From contig NC_086107.1 in NCBI RefSeq assembly GCF_963921235.1, positions 116,934,001 to 116,998,000 of the forward strand: a DNA stretch of 64,000 nucleotides. Direction: 5' to 3'. Below are positions 63,801-64,000 of the stretch, in pieces; the first letter of the stretch is position 1, and each line of letters starts with the position of its first letter. Source of the DNA: Mobula hypostoma (lineage: Eukaryota). A model generated the notes under the pieces. The model saw only the letters and a program-made list of their open reading frames with translations. It searched no databases and was not told the DNA's origin. The translations under genes were made by a program, and so were the position numbers.

Positions 63801-63926
63801 GTCTCCAAGCTTTCTATATTTGTGAGCCAACCTCCCTTCCCTCTGTCACTTCAGTTCAGTTCCCACCCCCAGCAATTCTAGTTTAAACTCTCCCCAATAG
63901 CCTTTGGAAGTTACAAAACATAACAA
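60866..63926 (+). mobile_element. Probable short solo LTR split by CR1 (~60866-61084 and ~63904-63926)
   Basis: AT-rich LTR-like sequence resuming after the CR1 and ending CATAACA; left terminus not clear. Confidence 0.35.
61088..63903 (-). mobile_element. CR1 LINE (subfamily B), ORF2 length, truncated at the ORF1/ORF2 boundary
   Basis: Minus ORFs with APE (YFNMRS, SDHN), RT (CKFADDTK) and C-terminus; homologous to 47920-50950. Confidence 0.92.
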
Positions 63927-64000
63927 TAGGAATTACTGATATGACCCACCTGTGTTTCCCTTGTACATGGGGAGAGGGAGAAGAGTCAGATGGGGTGGGA

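Overview
Vertebrate genomic DNA, probably a cartilaginous fish (inferred from the CR1 subfamilies and a GPR139-like GPCR family). It is mostly nested transposable elements: many CR1 LINEs (two near full length), L1 and Rex1/Babar fragments, Penelope-like elements (PLEs), hAT/Buster and Tc1 pieces, SINEs, Gypsy solo LTRs and one internally deleted Gypsy element. Host features: (1) about 2.3 diverged tandem units at ~1.6-22.9 kb, the two complete units each with an intact tRNA-Leu(CAG) and a decayed tRNA-Pro-like sequence with an intron-like insert; (2) a two-exon GPR139-like GPCR pseudogene; (3) three coding exons of an apparently intact qprt gene on the minus strand (311 aa). Most notable: minimal hammerhead ribozymes in the PLE termini, two independent PLE insertions just downstream of the paralogous tRNA-Pro remnants, a TSD-flanked endonuclease fragment ending in 36-bp repeats, a CR1 with an inverted 5' ORF1 segment, and a ~30-bp-periodic X-box-like array in a qprt intron. 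I cannot support a wholly new system from sequence alone. Boundaries without a stated TSD are approximate, and all similarities were judged by eye.
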